From a virus, in the IMG/VR virus record IMGVR_UViG_3300042505_001173, positions 32,001-96,000 of that record: 64,000 bases of DNA; one strand, 5' to 3'. The translations under genes were made by a program, and so were the position numbers. The notes beneath the pieces were generated by a model. The model was not told where the DNA came from. It saw only the letters and a program-made list of their open reading frames with translations, and did no database searches. Positions 39,736 through 49,829 of the stretch are shown here, piece by piece. Every line of letters starts with the position of its first letter. Positions within the stretch are counted from its first letter, which is position 1.

Positions 39736-40422
39736 TTAAATGAATGATTGTGTGATATATGTAATATCATGCTTGTAAAAATGTTTATATTTTTGCAAGA
39801 TCTGTACAGGTACTTCAGTTCCATATCTTTCGTACATTAAATGTAATGTTGATCGACTTGTAATATAATGGTATCCACGAAATACATCAACTAGATGAAT
39901 ACGTACAGATTTTTTATTTGGATTGAACCACGAACTATCAGCTGTTACACTTTCCACACCATTATAGTCTACTCTAGATGTTTTGACATCAGCTGAAACT
40001 CTATTTCCGTTGCAATAATATGTAATATCCTCGCCACGAATTTGACTATCTTTTGATTGATTAATTACACCCATCTCAAAATTATCTAGTACTACTTTTA
40101 ATGAAATATATTCAGACATCATACCTATAATTGAGCAGTATGCGCCATGTCTAATATTATATGTCATATAAGGTAGGCTAATATCCATACCATTAAACTT
40201 TTCGGGTATACCCATATGTTCATATACATTGATAATAAAATCTTTATATTTTTCACCTTTAATATCATCATGGATATTAAAGTTGGGATAATTACCACTA
40301 AGATATTGAATTATATCAACAACTTGAAAACCATCATCTACATTTACATTCTGCGTTTTTAAAAAATTTAGCAAATTTGTTGAATCTGTTATGAGCTGTT
40401 CAACTGTATTCGGTTTATACAT
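39736..40422 (-). CDS. hypothetical protein, possible PD-(D/E)xK fold
   Basis: G..SE...Q.RGED....ADVKT pattern. Confidence 0.45.
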   Translation of the reverse strand: MYKPNTVEQLITDSTNLLNFLKTQNVNVDDGFQVVDIIQYLSGNYPNFNIHDDIKGEKYKDFIINVYEHMGIPEKFNGMDISLPYMTYNIRHGAYCSIIGMMSEYISLKVVLDNFEMGVINQSKDSQIRGEDITYYCNGNRVSADVKTSRVDYNGVESVTADSSWFNPNKKSVRIHLVDVFRGYHYITSRSTLHLMYERYGTEVPVQILQKYKHFYKHDITYITQSFI

Positions 40423-40618
40423 TGTATACTAGTTTAAGAAGTTGCTTACGTAACTCTATTGTATATTCTTTTAATACATTTTCATATGGAATATCATATG
40501 TTTCTGCACATTGTTTTGCAATGCTATCTAAAGTGCGCCAATGATCATCGTTAGGTGACTGTAAAGTTTTAATCCCGTAGTATACTAAGTTATCTATAGT
40601 TTGCTGATATCCACTCAT
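40415..40618 (-). CDS. hypothetical protein
   Basis: 67-aa ORF overlapping the next gene. Confidence 0.55.
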   Translation of the reverse strand: MSGYQQTIDNLVYYGIKTLQSPNDDHWRTLDSIAKQCAETYDIPYENVLKEYTIELRKQLLKLVYNV

Positions 40619-40835
40619 TTAAATTCCATGCACAAATTAAACTATTATTTAATATGTACATTTTACGGGTAAAATGGTTGATAAACTGTACCGTTTTATG
40701 TATTATATCAAATACACTAACAATATTCAACCAATAACAGTTGGACATTTGAAACACTATTGTGACGTATTGAAAACCTTAAAGTTCTAAAAAACGACTG
40801 ATAAATATTAATTTTACAAATAAGAGCATTATTAA

Positions 40836-41624
40836 ATGAGTAACCCACTATTAACATCATTAAAAATACCAGGCGAAATAGTACGTTTACCTTCTGGAGG
40901 ATTATTCTATGATGAAGGTGTAATAGACCCATCAGTAACGAATGCTGAGGTTACAGTTTACCCTATGAGTGCATATGATGAAATATGCATGCGTAATATA
41001 GGTGAAGTTATCAACGGTAGATCTATATCAAATGTTTTTTCAAGATGTATTCCTCAAATTTTACAACCAGATGAATTATCAGGTAAAGACGTAGATACTT
41101 TATTCATGGTTTTACGTAAAGTTACCTACGGTTCAACACTAATGGTAACATACAAACATGATTGTGAAGAATCTAAAACACACAAATATAGCATCTCACT
41201 GAACAACATTTTAAACACCGTAAAATATATTGATCCAAGTTTAATAGATGATGAATTTACAGTTGTTTTAGAAAATGGACAAGTAGTACAACTAAGACCA
41301 TTAAAATTTAAAGATATTTTATCTATTATGTCAGATGCGAAAGATATTGATTATAATGATTTTTCACATTTTGATATTCAACAAAAATTATTACGTTCAA
41401 CTGTACACTTAATTAAATCTGTTGATGATATTAAAGATCCTGCGTTGATTCAAGAATGGTTAGATACAATTCCGGTTACATGGTTTACACAAATCACTGA
41501 TAAATCTGGATTAAGCAATTCATGGGGAACAGAAAACACCTATACAATCACATGCGAAGATTGCGGAAAAGAGATTGTGATTGATGTTCCTGTTAATCCG
41601 CTAACTTTTTTTTTGGACTTTTAA
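40836..41624 (+). CDS. T4 gp26-like baseplate hub / tail assembly chaperone
   Basis: LPSGGLFY, PMSAYDE, D.D.LF..LR..TYG, CEDCG, ends PLTFFLDF; GATAAATA upstream at 40800-40807. Confidence 0.75.
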   Translation: MSNPLLTSLKIPGEIVRLPSGGLFYDEGVIDPSVTNAEVTVYPMSAYDEICMRNIGEVINGRSISNVFSRCIPQILQPDELSGKDVDTLFMVLRKVTYGSTLMVTYKHDCEESKTHKYSISLNNILNTVKYIDPSLIDDEFTVVLENGQVVQLRPLKFKDILSIMSDAKDIDYNDFSHFDIQQKLLRSTVHLIKSVDDIKDPALIQEWLDTIPVTWFTQITDKSGLSNSWGTENTYTITCEDCGKEIVIDVPVNPLTFFLDF

Positions 41625-41845
41625 GATCGAATGATAAGCAACGTATCAGTAAATACCTAGAACAACTAACAAAAGAAACCAGTCGCATAATAGAGGAAAT
41701 AGTAGAGTTGACTTATTATATGCGCGGTAGTATACAATATAACGATATGCTCCATTTATCAGTACCGGAACGAACCGCTGTTAGCGAGTTTATTAATACG
41801 AGAATGGAAAGCGAACTTAAAAAACCAAAATTTGCAATATATTAG
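41606..41845 (+). CDS. -1 frame extension of the gp26-like gene (gp51/gpGT-like part)
   Basis: T9 tract 41606-41614; -1 frame open for 76 further codons (GLLRSND...YYMRGSIQYNDMLHLSVPER...FAIY*). Confidence 0.65.
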   Translation, partial: FFFGLLRSNDKQRISKYLEQLTKETSRIIEEIVELTYYMRGSIQYNDMLHLSVPERTAVSEFINTRMESELKKPKFAIY

Positions 41846-41878
41846 GTGATATAATGAAACATGAAACGCAGGTGAATT

Positions 41879-44800
41879 ATGGGTAAGATGACAGATATTT
41901 TTCAAATTGTCACACCGTCAACACCTACTTCGGTTGTTCAAGACAATCAATTGATGGATACCGGTTACGCTGCAACTAGCAATTACACGTGGTATCAGAG
42001 ACTAATACAAGGTAGTGGTACTAGACTCACACGTTATAACGAATATGACGTCATGGATAACGATGTCGAGGTAGCTAGAGCTTTAGATATTATCGCAGAA
42101 GAAATGACGGGTAGAAATACAAAGACAAGTCTACCAATTGAACTTAAAATTCTAGACGAAAAACATGCTAATACCGAAGATACAATTGTATTAACGTTAC
42201 GCACCGCATGTCACCATTGGTGTAAAATACACGGGTTTGATGCAAATAGATTATTTAAATTATCTAGAAACATGGTAAAATACGGTGATTGTTTCTTTAG
42301 AAAATCATCTAATTTTAAAAAATGGGAGTGGATACCATCAGGTGCGATAGTAGGTGCAATCGTAGATGACCGTGACGTTACAAATGTTTTAGGTTATCGT
42401 ATCCGTACAGATACTAAATCTACTGGTGTAGCTAATAGTACCAGTTCACCTTTTAGAAATGCAGCTGATCATGGTAAGTTTGAGAATGTATCTATTGATA
42501 ACATGGTTGTATTTTCAATAAACGATGATATGTCGGATGCTGCACCATTCGGTGAATCTGTATTGCGTACGGTTTATAAAACACATAAACAAAAAGAATT
42601 ATTAGAAGACGCTATTATTATTTACCGTATACAACGTGCACCTGAACGTAGAGTATTTTACATTGATGTTGGTAAAATGCCTCCACATCGTGTCAAATCA
42701 TACTTAGAAACGATTAAAAATGAAATTAGACAGAAAAAAATACCGTCTAATAATATGAATGGTCAAAGTTCTGTTGATTCTATTTACAATCCTCAGTCAA
42801 TGTTAGAGGACATATTTCTCGCACAAAGATCTGATGGGGTTGGATCAAAGGTTGAAGTACTGCAAGGTGGTTGCTTCTCAATGGATACAAAAGTATCATT
42901 ATTGGATGGTAGAGAACTATCAATTAGTGATATTGAATTAGAATTAGCTGCAGGTAAAGAGCTATGGACATATTCATGCGAAAAGAGTACTGGTAAAGTA
43001 GTACCTGGTATCATTTCTTGGGCTGGTGTTACACGTAAAGCAGCTAATGTTATGCGTCTAACATTTAACAACGGCGAAAGTGTTGTTTGTACACCTGACC
43101 ATCGGTTCTGTGTATACGGTCAAGAATACAAACGTGCACACGAATTTACAATCGGCGATAGTGTTATACCTCTATACCGTCGTAAAGAATGCTTAAACGA
43201 CGATTATCGTCGCGATTATGAACAGTTTTTTGACAATAGTACTAAAACATGGGTTCACACTCATAGAATGGTTGCTGACACTCTTAAAGATACCGCTGTA
43301 AAATATTGGGTGTATAAACCTGAAAAAAGCAACGGTAAATACGAAGTGAGACACCATATTGACTTCAATAGATTTAATAATAGTCCTTCTAACTTGTGTT
43401 TCATGTCATATATAGATCATCGTCATTACCATGCGAAAGTGACTGCAACATTCTTTAGGGATTTAAAGCACTCTAATATTGATGAATATAATAGAATTAA
43501 AGAAGCGAGACATAACTCTATTAGACGGTACTGGGATAACATCACTACTGAACAAATTGAAGCTCGAAGCGCTAAAGCTCGCAAAACTAAAAGTGAGTGG
43601 TCACAAGAACGCAAATCTAACCACAGATTAACAGTATCTAATTCGTTACGAAAATACATTAACGGGTTATCACCGGAACAGCGTGCAGCACGTGATGATG
43701 CATCTCGTAAGCATTTCGGTAAACATGCTAACAGTATTTTTAATGAAAAAATGTTGAATGATTTAGAGTTTAGAGCGCAAGTTTTAGCTAACCGTAGAAA
43801 AGCTTGGACTGATGGAAAACGACAATTGAAAGCTGAGCAGATGTCTGCTCAACAAAAACAACGCCATTCTGACCCTGAATATCAGCGATGGTATAGAAAA
43901 CAGCATCAAGAAAACCAAAAAGTTGTATTTACGCATGATATGTTGAAGTTTGCTATTAATTTAATTAAAGGTAAAACATCTCATCAATTTACGTTAGTTG
44001 ATGTTATTAGAGAGCTTAACGCAAACGAAGAATTAATATCTGAGTTACGTGATTTAAACAAACATAAAAATGTACCAAACTGGAACATTGATGATGGTTT
44101 TACCAGTTCAAATGTAAGAACTATGGTTAAGCAATTTGGTTATGATAGTTGGTATGATTTACGTAAAAATGAAAGTATACACAATCATACAATCGTAAAA
44201 ATTGAGTACTTAGATGATACTGTCGACGTCGGCACGTTAACAATCGATCAAGATGAAGTGCATCATAGTCATCACACCTTCGCGTTAAGTTGCGGGGTGT
44301 TTGTACTAAATTCTCAGCTTGGTGAAAATTCCGATCTGGACTACTTCAGTGATAAAGTATTATGCGGTTTACGTATCCCAAAAGGATGGATGGGCAGACA
44401 CAGAGAAGATTCAGGTGCTGTATTTAACGACGGTAAATTAGGTGCAGCATATATTGAAGAACAACAATTTGCTAAATTCGTTGAAAGGTTACAGGTATAC
44501 GTATCAGCTGTACTAGACTACGAATTCAAATTATTTTTATTTGAAAGTAACATACAAATAGATAACACTATATTTGAAATTGCTTTACCTAAACCATCTA
44601 ACTACGAAAAATACAAACAAGCTGATCTTGATAGTGCTTTATTAGGTACAATTGGTACCGCTGACAGCATTTCATGGTTATCGAAACGTTGGATTGCTAG
44701 AAACTACCTACAAATGAGTGAAGAGCAACTAATTGACAACGAAAACTTGTTGAAACAAGAAAAAGGTATTGATAGTAAAGATAAAACGTTACAATCTATT

Positions 44801-45031
44801 TACGGACCTCAAGCTGAAGGGGATATGGGTGGAGGTTTCGGTGGAGGTATGGGCGGCTTAGGTGGTGATCTCGGAGGTTTTGGAGGTGAATTAGGTGGAG
44901 GTGCTGAAGCAGCTCCGTTTGGTTCAGAAGGAGGAGAAGGTGAAATAGAAGGTTCAGTACCTGCAGAACAAACAGCGCCATTAGGCGGAACCGCTCCCGG
45001 ATCAACTTCAAATGTAGCTTCTCCGCGGTAA
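41879..45031 (+). CDS. portal protein (T4 gp20-like) with intein
   Basis: PFGESVL, LLEDAIIIYRIQRAPERRVFYIDVGKMP, SMLEDIF, LRIP; Gly/Glu-rich tail. Confidence 0.93.
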   Translation: MGKMTDIFQIVTPSTPTSVVQDNQLMDTGYAATSNYTWYQRLIQGSGTRLTRYNEYDVMDNDVEVARALDIIAEEMTGRNTKTSLPIELKILDEKHANTEDTIVLTLRTACHHWCKIHGFDANRLFKLSRNMVKYGDCFFRKSSNFKKWEWIPSGAIVGAIVDDRDVTNVLGYRIRTDTKSTGVANSTSSPFRNAADHGKFENVSIDNMVVFSINDDMSDAAPFGESVLRTVYKTHKQKELLEDAIIIYRIQRAPERRVFYIDVGKMPPHRVKSYLETIKNEIRQKKIPSNNMNGQSSVDSIYNPQSMLEDIFLAQRSDGVGSKVEVLQGGCFSMDTKVSLLDGRELSISDIELELAAGKELWTYSCEKSTGKVVPGIISWAGVTRKAANVMRLTFNNGESVVCTPDHRFCVYGQEYKRAHEFTIGDSVIPLYRRKECLNDDYRRDYEQFFDNSTKTWVHTHRMVADTLKDTAVKYWVYKPEKSNGKYEVRHHIDFNRFNNSPSNLCFMSYIDHRHYHAKVTATFFRDLKHSNIDEYNRIKEARHNSIRRYWDNITTEQIEARSAKARKTKSEWSQERKSNHRLTVSNSLRKYINGLSPEQRAARDDASRKHFGKHANSIFNEKMLNDLEFRAQVLANRRKAWTDGKRQLKAEQMSAQQKQRHSDPEYQRWYRKQHQENQKVVFTHDMLKFAINLIKGKTSHQFTLVDVIRELNANEELISELRDLNKHKNVPNWNIDDGFTSSNVRTMVKQFGYDSWYDLRKNESIHNHTIVKIEYLDDTVDVGTLTIDQDEVHHSHHTFALSCGVFVLNSQLGENSDLDYFSDKVLCGLRIPKGWMGRHREDSGAVFNDGKLGAAYIEEQQFAKFVERLQVYVSAVLDYEFKLFLFESNIQIDNTIFEIALPKPSNYEKYKQADLDSALLGTIGTADSISWLSKRWIARNYLQMSEEQLIDNENLLKQEKGIDSKDKTLQSIYGPQAEGDMGGGFGGGMGGLGGDLGGFGGELGGGAEAAPFGSEGGEGEIEGSVPAEQTAPLGGTAPGSTSNVASPR
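42872..44311 (+). mobile_element. intein with HNH homing endonuclease in the portal
   Basis: CFSMDTKV start, CTPDHRF block B, RHHIDFNRFNNSPSNL HNH, HHTFALSCGVFVLN then +1 Ser; 480 aa. Confidence 0.88.
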
Positions 45032-45039
45032 CTAACAAT

Positions 45040-45072
45040 AAACCCTTCAACCTAAAAACTGAAGGGTTTTTT
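45040..45072 (+). terminator. rho-independent terminator
   Basis: AAACCCTTCA-N10-TGAAGGGTTT followed by TTT. Confidence 0.7.
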
Positions 45073-45127
45073 ACCGTTTATACGAACATAAATAATAGAT
45101 GATGTTTAACTAATTACCCGAACTAGA

Positions 45128-45811
45128 ATGACTGATAATTACACTTTAGTATTCACCGACCCTGATAATCTAAATACGATTGAAATTGTACCGTATTCTA
45201 TCGATTATAGTACCTCACTAACTTTTTACGGTAAAAACGCGTTAAACTATTGGCACGATCTTAACAACAACCTATTGCTATTATTAACAAATTTTGGGCA
45301 TAAGAACCCACCATTGCATCCAATTGTTGGTCAAATATGGTATGATGCTACCAATAAACTATTAAAATATTTTGATAAAACCTGGCAAACAATTGTACCA
45401 CCTCAATTAGATTTATCAATGTTTGTGCAACAATCTGGTGATACATTAAACGGAAATTTAATTATTTTAAATCAAGGGTTTAATGCTAAATCGATAACGA
45501 CACGAGGGTACATAGAGCAACAATTAGCTAAATGTACATACGGTGATGAAAAGGGTACATGTTGGGTTAAACATTCTGGTAGTAATTATGTCGTGTTGTC
45601 AACATACGCAACCAAAGCTAAACAAACAGTTACATTACCATTTGAGATGGCTGACACACAATACTCAATTGTTGCTACTACAAACGATACAGCTAATAGT
45701 AACGACGGTTTGCACTGGACTACATACAATAAAACAACCAAAGATTTTCAAATATTTTTTGCGGGTAGTGTACAAACTTTAGCAATAGTAATAACAGGAT
45801 TTGCAAAATGA
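45128..45811 (+). CDS. short fibre/baseplate protein sharing the fibre N-terminal anchor domain
   Basis: TSLTFYGKN...NLL.LL.NF...PP.HP.VGQIWYD; CATAAATA at 45087-45094. Confidence 0.7.
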   Translation: MTDNYTLVFTDPDNLNTIEIVPYSIDYSTSLTFYGKNALNYWHDLNNNLLLLLTNFGHKNPPLHPIVGQIWYDATNKLLKYFDKTWQTIVPPQLDLSMFVQQSGDTLNGNLIILNQGFNAKSITTRGYIEQQLAKCTYGDEKGTCWVKHSGSNYVVLSTYATKAKQTVTLPFEMADTQYSIVATTNDTANSNDGLHWTTYNKTTKDFQIFFAGSVQTLAIVITGFAK

Positions 45812-46326
45812 AACAATTTCAATATTTAATGGAAATTACAGTTCCTCAAATTAAACAAAACAATAATACCGGGTTTCCAAATACAAAAAAACGTCAAAAT
45901 GTATCACATCTCGTAAACATCAGACATGTTAAATTTGAACCGTATGAACCATCAAACAAGTTAGTAGTTGTAGCTGAAGCATTATCTAACGGTAATACGT
46001 ACCAGCCAATGATTGAATTTAACGATATCGAGTATAGCGAGAACGGTAATAGTAAATTTGAAGGTACAGATGGCGAAGAGCATAAAATAAATAAAATTAT
46101 ATTAAACAGAGTTGATGTAAGCATTAACTGTACCTGTTCTGATTTTAAATTTAGGTTTGCGCACCAACATTATCAAAATAAATCATTAGTTGGTGAGCCA
46201 CCTGAGCAATATGTAAAAGTTCCAGGTTCAAATAGACCTCCAGTTAACCCTGATAATGTACTAGGTGCATGTAAACATATCTTAGCATTAGAACAATATT
46301 TGAAACGTCAAGGTATATTGGTATGA
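45808..46326 (+). CDS. SWIM-type zinc-finger protein
   Basis: CTCSDF...GACKHIL. Confidence 0.7.
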   Translation: MKQFQYLMEITVPQIKQNNNTGFPNTKKRQNVSHLVNIRHVKFEPYEPSNKLVVVAEALSNGNTYQPMIEFNDIEYSENGNSKFEGTDGEEHKINKIILNRVDVSINCTCSDFKFRFAHQHYQNKSLVGEPPEQYVKVPGSNRPPVNPDNVLGACKHILALEQYLKRQGILV

Positions 46327-46862
46327 AATTAATTGAAGTTTTTAGCATGCCTGATTTAGACAAATACACCTACACCGTAGCATCTAAATCATCACATAAA
46401 GAAGTATATCAATTTACGCTTCAAGATGGGCAACGGTTTATTGTTACATTTAAAATGTTATCAACGCCTGAAAGTAGTGAAATTTATTACAAACTGTTAA
46501 ACTACGTAAAAACACCTGAACGTTTAAATGACCCAACAATAGCTGACCAAATACGTAAAAGTCTAGGCGGGATATACTATGTTACATTTCAAGATGCTGC
46601 AAAAGGTGAAAATGAGTATGATGCAACTAACAAAAATATAGATATGTTCTATATTCTTGGTCATGTTACTAAAATTCTTGTAGATTTTACAAAAAATCAT
46701 AAAATTTTAGAGTTAAGTTTTGCGTCTGAGAGTAAAGAGTTGTCTCGTATTAAAGTATACAATAGAATGTCTACAATCATACCTAGATACACTAATTTAA
46801 AATTGTTAACTATTGATAAGGATTCGTCAATATTCAATTATATATTTACATCAAAGCAATAA
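46323..46862 (+). CDS. hypothetical protein (paralog of next)
   Basis: GGIYYVTFQ...V..ILVDF...F.S..KE.SRIKVYNRM. Confidence 0.7.
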   Translation: MKLIEVFSMPDLDKYTYTVASKSSHKEVYQFTLQDGQRFIVTFKMLSTPESSEIYYKLLNYVKTPERLNDPTIADQIRKSLGGIYYVTFQDAAKGENEYDATNKNIDMFYILGHVTKILVDFTKNHKILELSFASESKELSRIKVYNRMSTIIPRYTNLKLLTIDKDSSIFNYIFTSKQ

Positions 46863-46863
46863 T

Positions 46864-47385
46864 ATGTTATTAAGTGAAATTTTAAAAAAATCAAATGTTC
46901 CGTACGATTTGGTGCGTACATCTCCTGATTTTTTATACACGTTCCATACACCTAGCATGTCAATCGATGTACATATAATACCAAAAAAATGGCCATCTAG
47001 TGAACAGGTCGCAAATGCGTTGCTACGTAAAATAAAAAATAATCAAGACCTCGAAGATTCAAACATGGCTGACTTAAAACAGAAATACGGTGGGGTGTAT
47101 GAAGTGACATTTCAACCTGCGGGGTCAGATTACTTTGGTATGACCAATACTCACGAAGATATGATAAAAATAATGAGTGCAGTAATTCAAATCGTTAAAG
47201 ATTTCGTTTCAACGCACAAAACAGCTGAACTTATGTTTGTTGCAAATAAGAAAGAGAAAGGACGTGTAAAGCTGTATAACAGAATAGTGCAAACGATGCC
47301 TCAATCGAACAATTTTACCTTAGTAGATAAAGTCGATACCGGTGACCGAATACACTATATGCTTGCTAATAATGATTTAATTTAA
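46864..47385 (+). CDS. hypothetical protein (paralog of previous; start revised to MLLSEIL)
   Basis: GGVYEVTFQ...V..IVKDF...F.A.KKE.GRVKLYNRI. Confidence 0.7.
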   Translation: MLLSEILKKSNVPYDLVRTSPDFLYTFHTPSMSIDVHIIPKKWPSSEQVANALLRKIKNNQDLEDSNMADLKQKYGGVYEVTFQPAGSDYFGMTNTHEDMIKIMSAVIQIVKDFVSTHKTAELMFVANKKEKGRVKLYNRIVQTMPQSNNFTLVDKVDTGDRIHYMLANNDLI

Positions 47386-48281
47386 ACAGCTACCTGACCT
47401 TTAATCGTTGGGTGGCTAGTATAATTAAGTATTTCGATATCATCGTATTTGATATCTAGTATTGAATTGTATTTTTTACTAAACGATACAGTTGGAATAC
47501 AATCGATAGTTGTACGAGATAATTGTTCTTTTACCTGGTCAATATGGTTCACGTAAATATGTGCATCGCCAATAGTATGGTACAATTTACCCGGTTTCAA
47601 CCCGTGTACATGACATAACATATGTACAAATAACGAATAAAATACAATATTGAACGGAATACCTAAAAAGATATCACCTGATCTTTGATATAGTGTACAA
47701 TCTAGAAATTTATTACCCTTTTCATCAAATCTAACATAGAATTGAGATAATGTATGACAAGGAGGCAATGCCATCTCATCTATATTAGCTACATTCCATG
47801 CTGTAACTATCATTCGTCTACTATAAGGGTCTCGGTTTAACAAATCTTCCAATTGTATAATTTGATCAATCTCACGCGTAAATATAACCGATTGAGAATC
47901 CCATGAAATACGGCTCATATTTTGAGATATACAATAATTGTACTCAGTAGGTGATGTAACTATACGTGTATCATTCCAATGACGCCATTGTTTTCCATAG
48001 ACTTTATTTAAATTACCATCTTCATCAGCCCATTCATTCCAAATACGTACACCACTATCTTGTAAGTATTTGATATTGTCGCTACCTGATAACATCCAAA
48101 TCAATTCATGAATAATAGCTGGATAATGAATTTTTTTAGTAGTTAATAACGGTAATTTGTAGTCACTAATATCATATTCAGCATTTACGTTAAATTTTGA
48201 ATATGTATCAGTTCCGGTACGATTTGATCTCAAATCACCTGAATTGTACACATCAGATAAAATTCTTAAATATTCTTTCAT
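47382..48281 (-). CDS. thyA: thymidylate synthase
   Basis: NRTGT, PLLTTKK, IWNEWAD, MALPPCH, YQRSGDIFLGIPFN, GDAHIY. Confidence 0.95.
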   Translation of the reverse strand: MKEYLRILSDVYNSGDLRSNRTGTDTYSKFNVNAEYDISDYKLPLLTTKKIHYPAIIHELIWMLSGSDNIKYLQDSGVRIWNEWADEDGNLNKVYGKQWRHWNDTRIVTSPTEYNYCISQNMSRISWDSQSVIFTREIDQIIQLEDLLNRDPYSRRMIVTAWNVANIDEMALPPCHTLSQFYVRFDEKGNKFLDCTLYQRSGDIFLGIPFNIVFYSLFVHMLCHVHGLKPGKLYHTIGDAHIYVNHIDQVKEQLSRTTIDCIPTVSFSKKYNSILDIKYDDIEILNYTSHPTIKGQVAV

Positions 48282-48796
48282 GATATTATATCCCACTTTA
48301 TCATAGCTTCAGCACGTTTAATAGCATCGAGTTTTGAAACATACATTAAACGTTTAGCAATTAAATGATCTAATTCTGCGCAGTTCCATAGCATCTCACC
48401 GGACAAACACGTTATTAATGCTGTATTCGCTACATACGGTACCCATATTGAGCATTTAGTATTAGCACGACATAACGCATTGAATTCTTCGCGAGTTTCA
48501 ATACCTAGCGGCACTTCTTCGTTGTTCACTAAACAATTAGAGTTGATACGTTTATATTCCCACCCGGGTACGAACATAGGTGTTTTAGCTTCACATTTAT
48601 ACCAAATAGTACTTCCATCACCCTTAAACATCCACCATTTATGAGGTGTATTAGATTGCTCACAATCTTGTACCCATAATTTTAGTAAACATAAATGTGG
48701 GTGTGTGCTAGTTGCAGGTACAGCGTTTTTAATATCATCAGCTGTTAATTTAGTTGTTACATACACTACTTCACCGTTACTTTGTGTTACTATCAT
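48278..48796 (-). CDS. hypothetical protein (start revised to MIVTQ)
   Basis: GGAGG RBS; ATGA overlap with thyA. Confidence 0.6.
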   Translation of the reverse strand: MIVTQSNGEVVYVTTKLTADDIKNAVPATSTHPHLCLLKLWVQDCEQSNTPHKWWMFKGDGSTIWYKCEAKTPMFVPGWEYKRINSNCLVNNEEVPLGIETREEFNALCRANTKCSIWVPYVANTALITCLSGEMLWNCAELDHLIAKRLMYVSKLDAIKRAEAMIKWDIIS

Positions 48797-49253
48797 AATA
48801 TACCTCCGGTTTTCTTTCCCATGGAAAATACACAAACGGTGCATTATCAGGTATCTCAGTAGTAAAGATTATATTTGGTACAATTTGCTGACATAACTTT
48901 GTAGATGAATATTTTGCTACTAGTACAGCAATATCTACAGTACAGTCTTTTTGATAATGTTTTGCACATGTTAATAATGTGTAGCCACTGTCAAGAATAT
49001 CATCAACAATAAGAATTTTTGAACCCGGTTTAATTTCAGGTAATATTGTATCGTGCCAATCTAAATTATCACCTTTCGATAATTCATGAGATACATCAGC
49101 AACATACATTGGTACACATAAATGATGAGACAAATATACAGCAGGAATTAACCCGCCACGTTTTAATCCAATAATGCAATCATACTTAGTTTGTATTCTA
49201 ATGTACAGGTTATCCATCATTTGTTTGAAATTTCGATCGTTGTAAATGATCAT
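48777..49253 (-). CDS. type I purine phosphoribosyltransferase (Gpt-like)
   Basis: GLKRGGLIPA, LIVDDILDSGYT PRPP loop, VYFPWE. Confidence 0.85.
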   Translation of the reverse strand: MIIYNDRNFKQMMDNLYIRIQTKYDCIIGLKRGGLIPAVYLSHHLCVPMYVADVSHELSKGDNLDWHDTILPEIKPGSKILIVDDILDSGYTLLTCAKHYQKDCTVDIAVLVAKYSSTKLCQQIVPNIIFTTEIPDNAPFVYFPWERKPEVYYDSNTK

Positions 49254-49828
49254 AATAATGTATTCCACATTTTGTTAATTTGTGAGAAGGATTTTAATAT
49301 ATTTCTTGCATCAACTAAAGCATTTCTTTTGCCTTGTTTTATGTTTAGCAAATTATAAATCTCAACCTTTTTGACAGCGCCCAATAAAACAAAACCTAAA
49401 GTGCTTAAATCGTATACATGAGTACTAAAATTAAGATCGATATCGACACGCTTGAACATTGCATCAAAGAACGGTAATGTAAACGAACCGGTATTATGAC
49501 CAATTACGGTAATAGCACGTGTATCAAAATGATCAAGTATGAAACCACCCATTTCTTCGATAGCTTCATAGAATGGAATCCCGTTTGCTGTTAAATGTTC
49601 AATTGTAAAACCATTGATACCTAAGGCTTCTTTATCCCAACATACATTTGGAATATCAGTATAATCAATCTCAACATACATTTCATCGATTTTATTAAAT
49701 TTTTCATCGACGACAATTAAACCAGCACTAATAACAGCGTAGCTTAAATCATCAACCCCTTTTGTAGGTTCACGTGAGTTGCTAAAGTTTAACCCACTTG
49801 TTTCACAGCTTAACACTAGATATTTCAT
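49250..49828 (-). CDS. DEDDh/DnaQ-family exonuclease fold, catalytic residues degenerate
   Basis: LVLSCETSG, IGHN..SFT, RNALVDA align to ExoI/II/III. Confidence 0.75.
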   Translation of the reverse strand: MKYLVLSCETSGLNFSNSREPTKGVDDLSYAVISAGLIVVDEKFNKIDEMYVEIDYTDIPNVCWDKEALGINGFTIEHLTANGIPFYEAIEEMGGFILDHFDTRAITVIGHNTGSFTLPFFDAMFKRVDIDLNFSTHVYDLSTLGFVLLGAVKKVEIYNLLNIKQGKRNALVDARNILKSFSQINKMWNTLL

Positions 49829-49829
49829 T

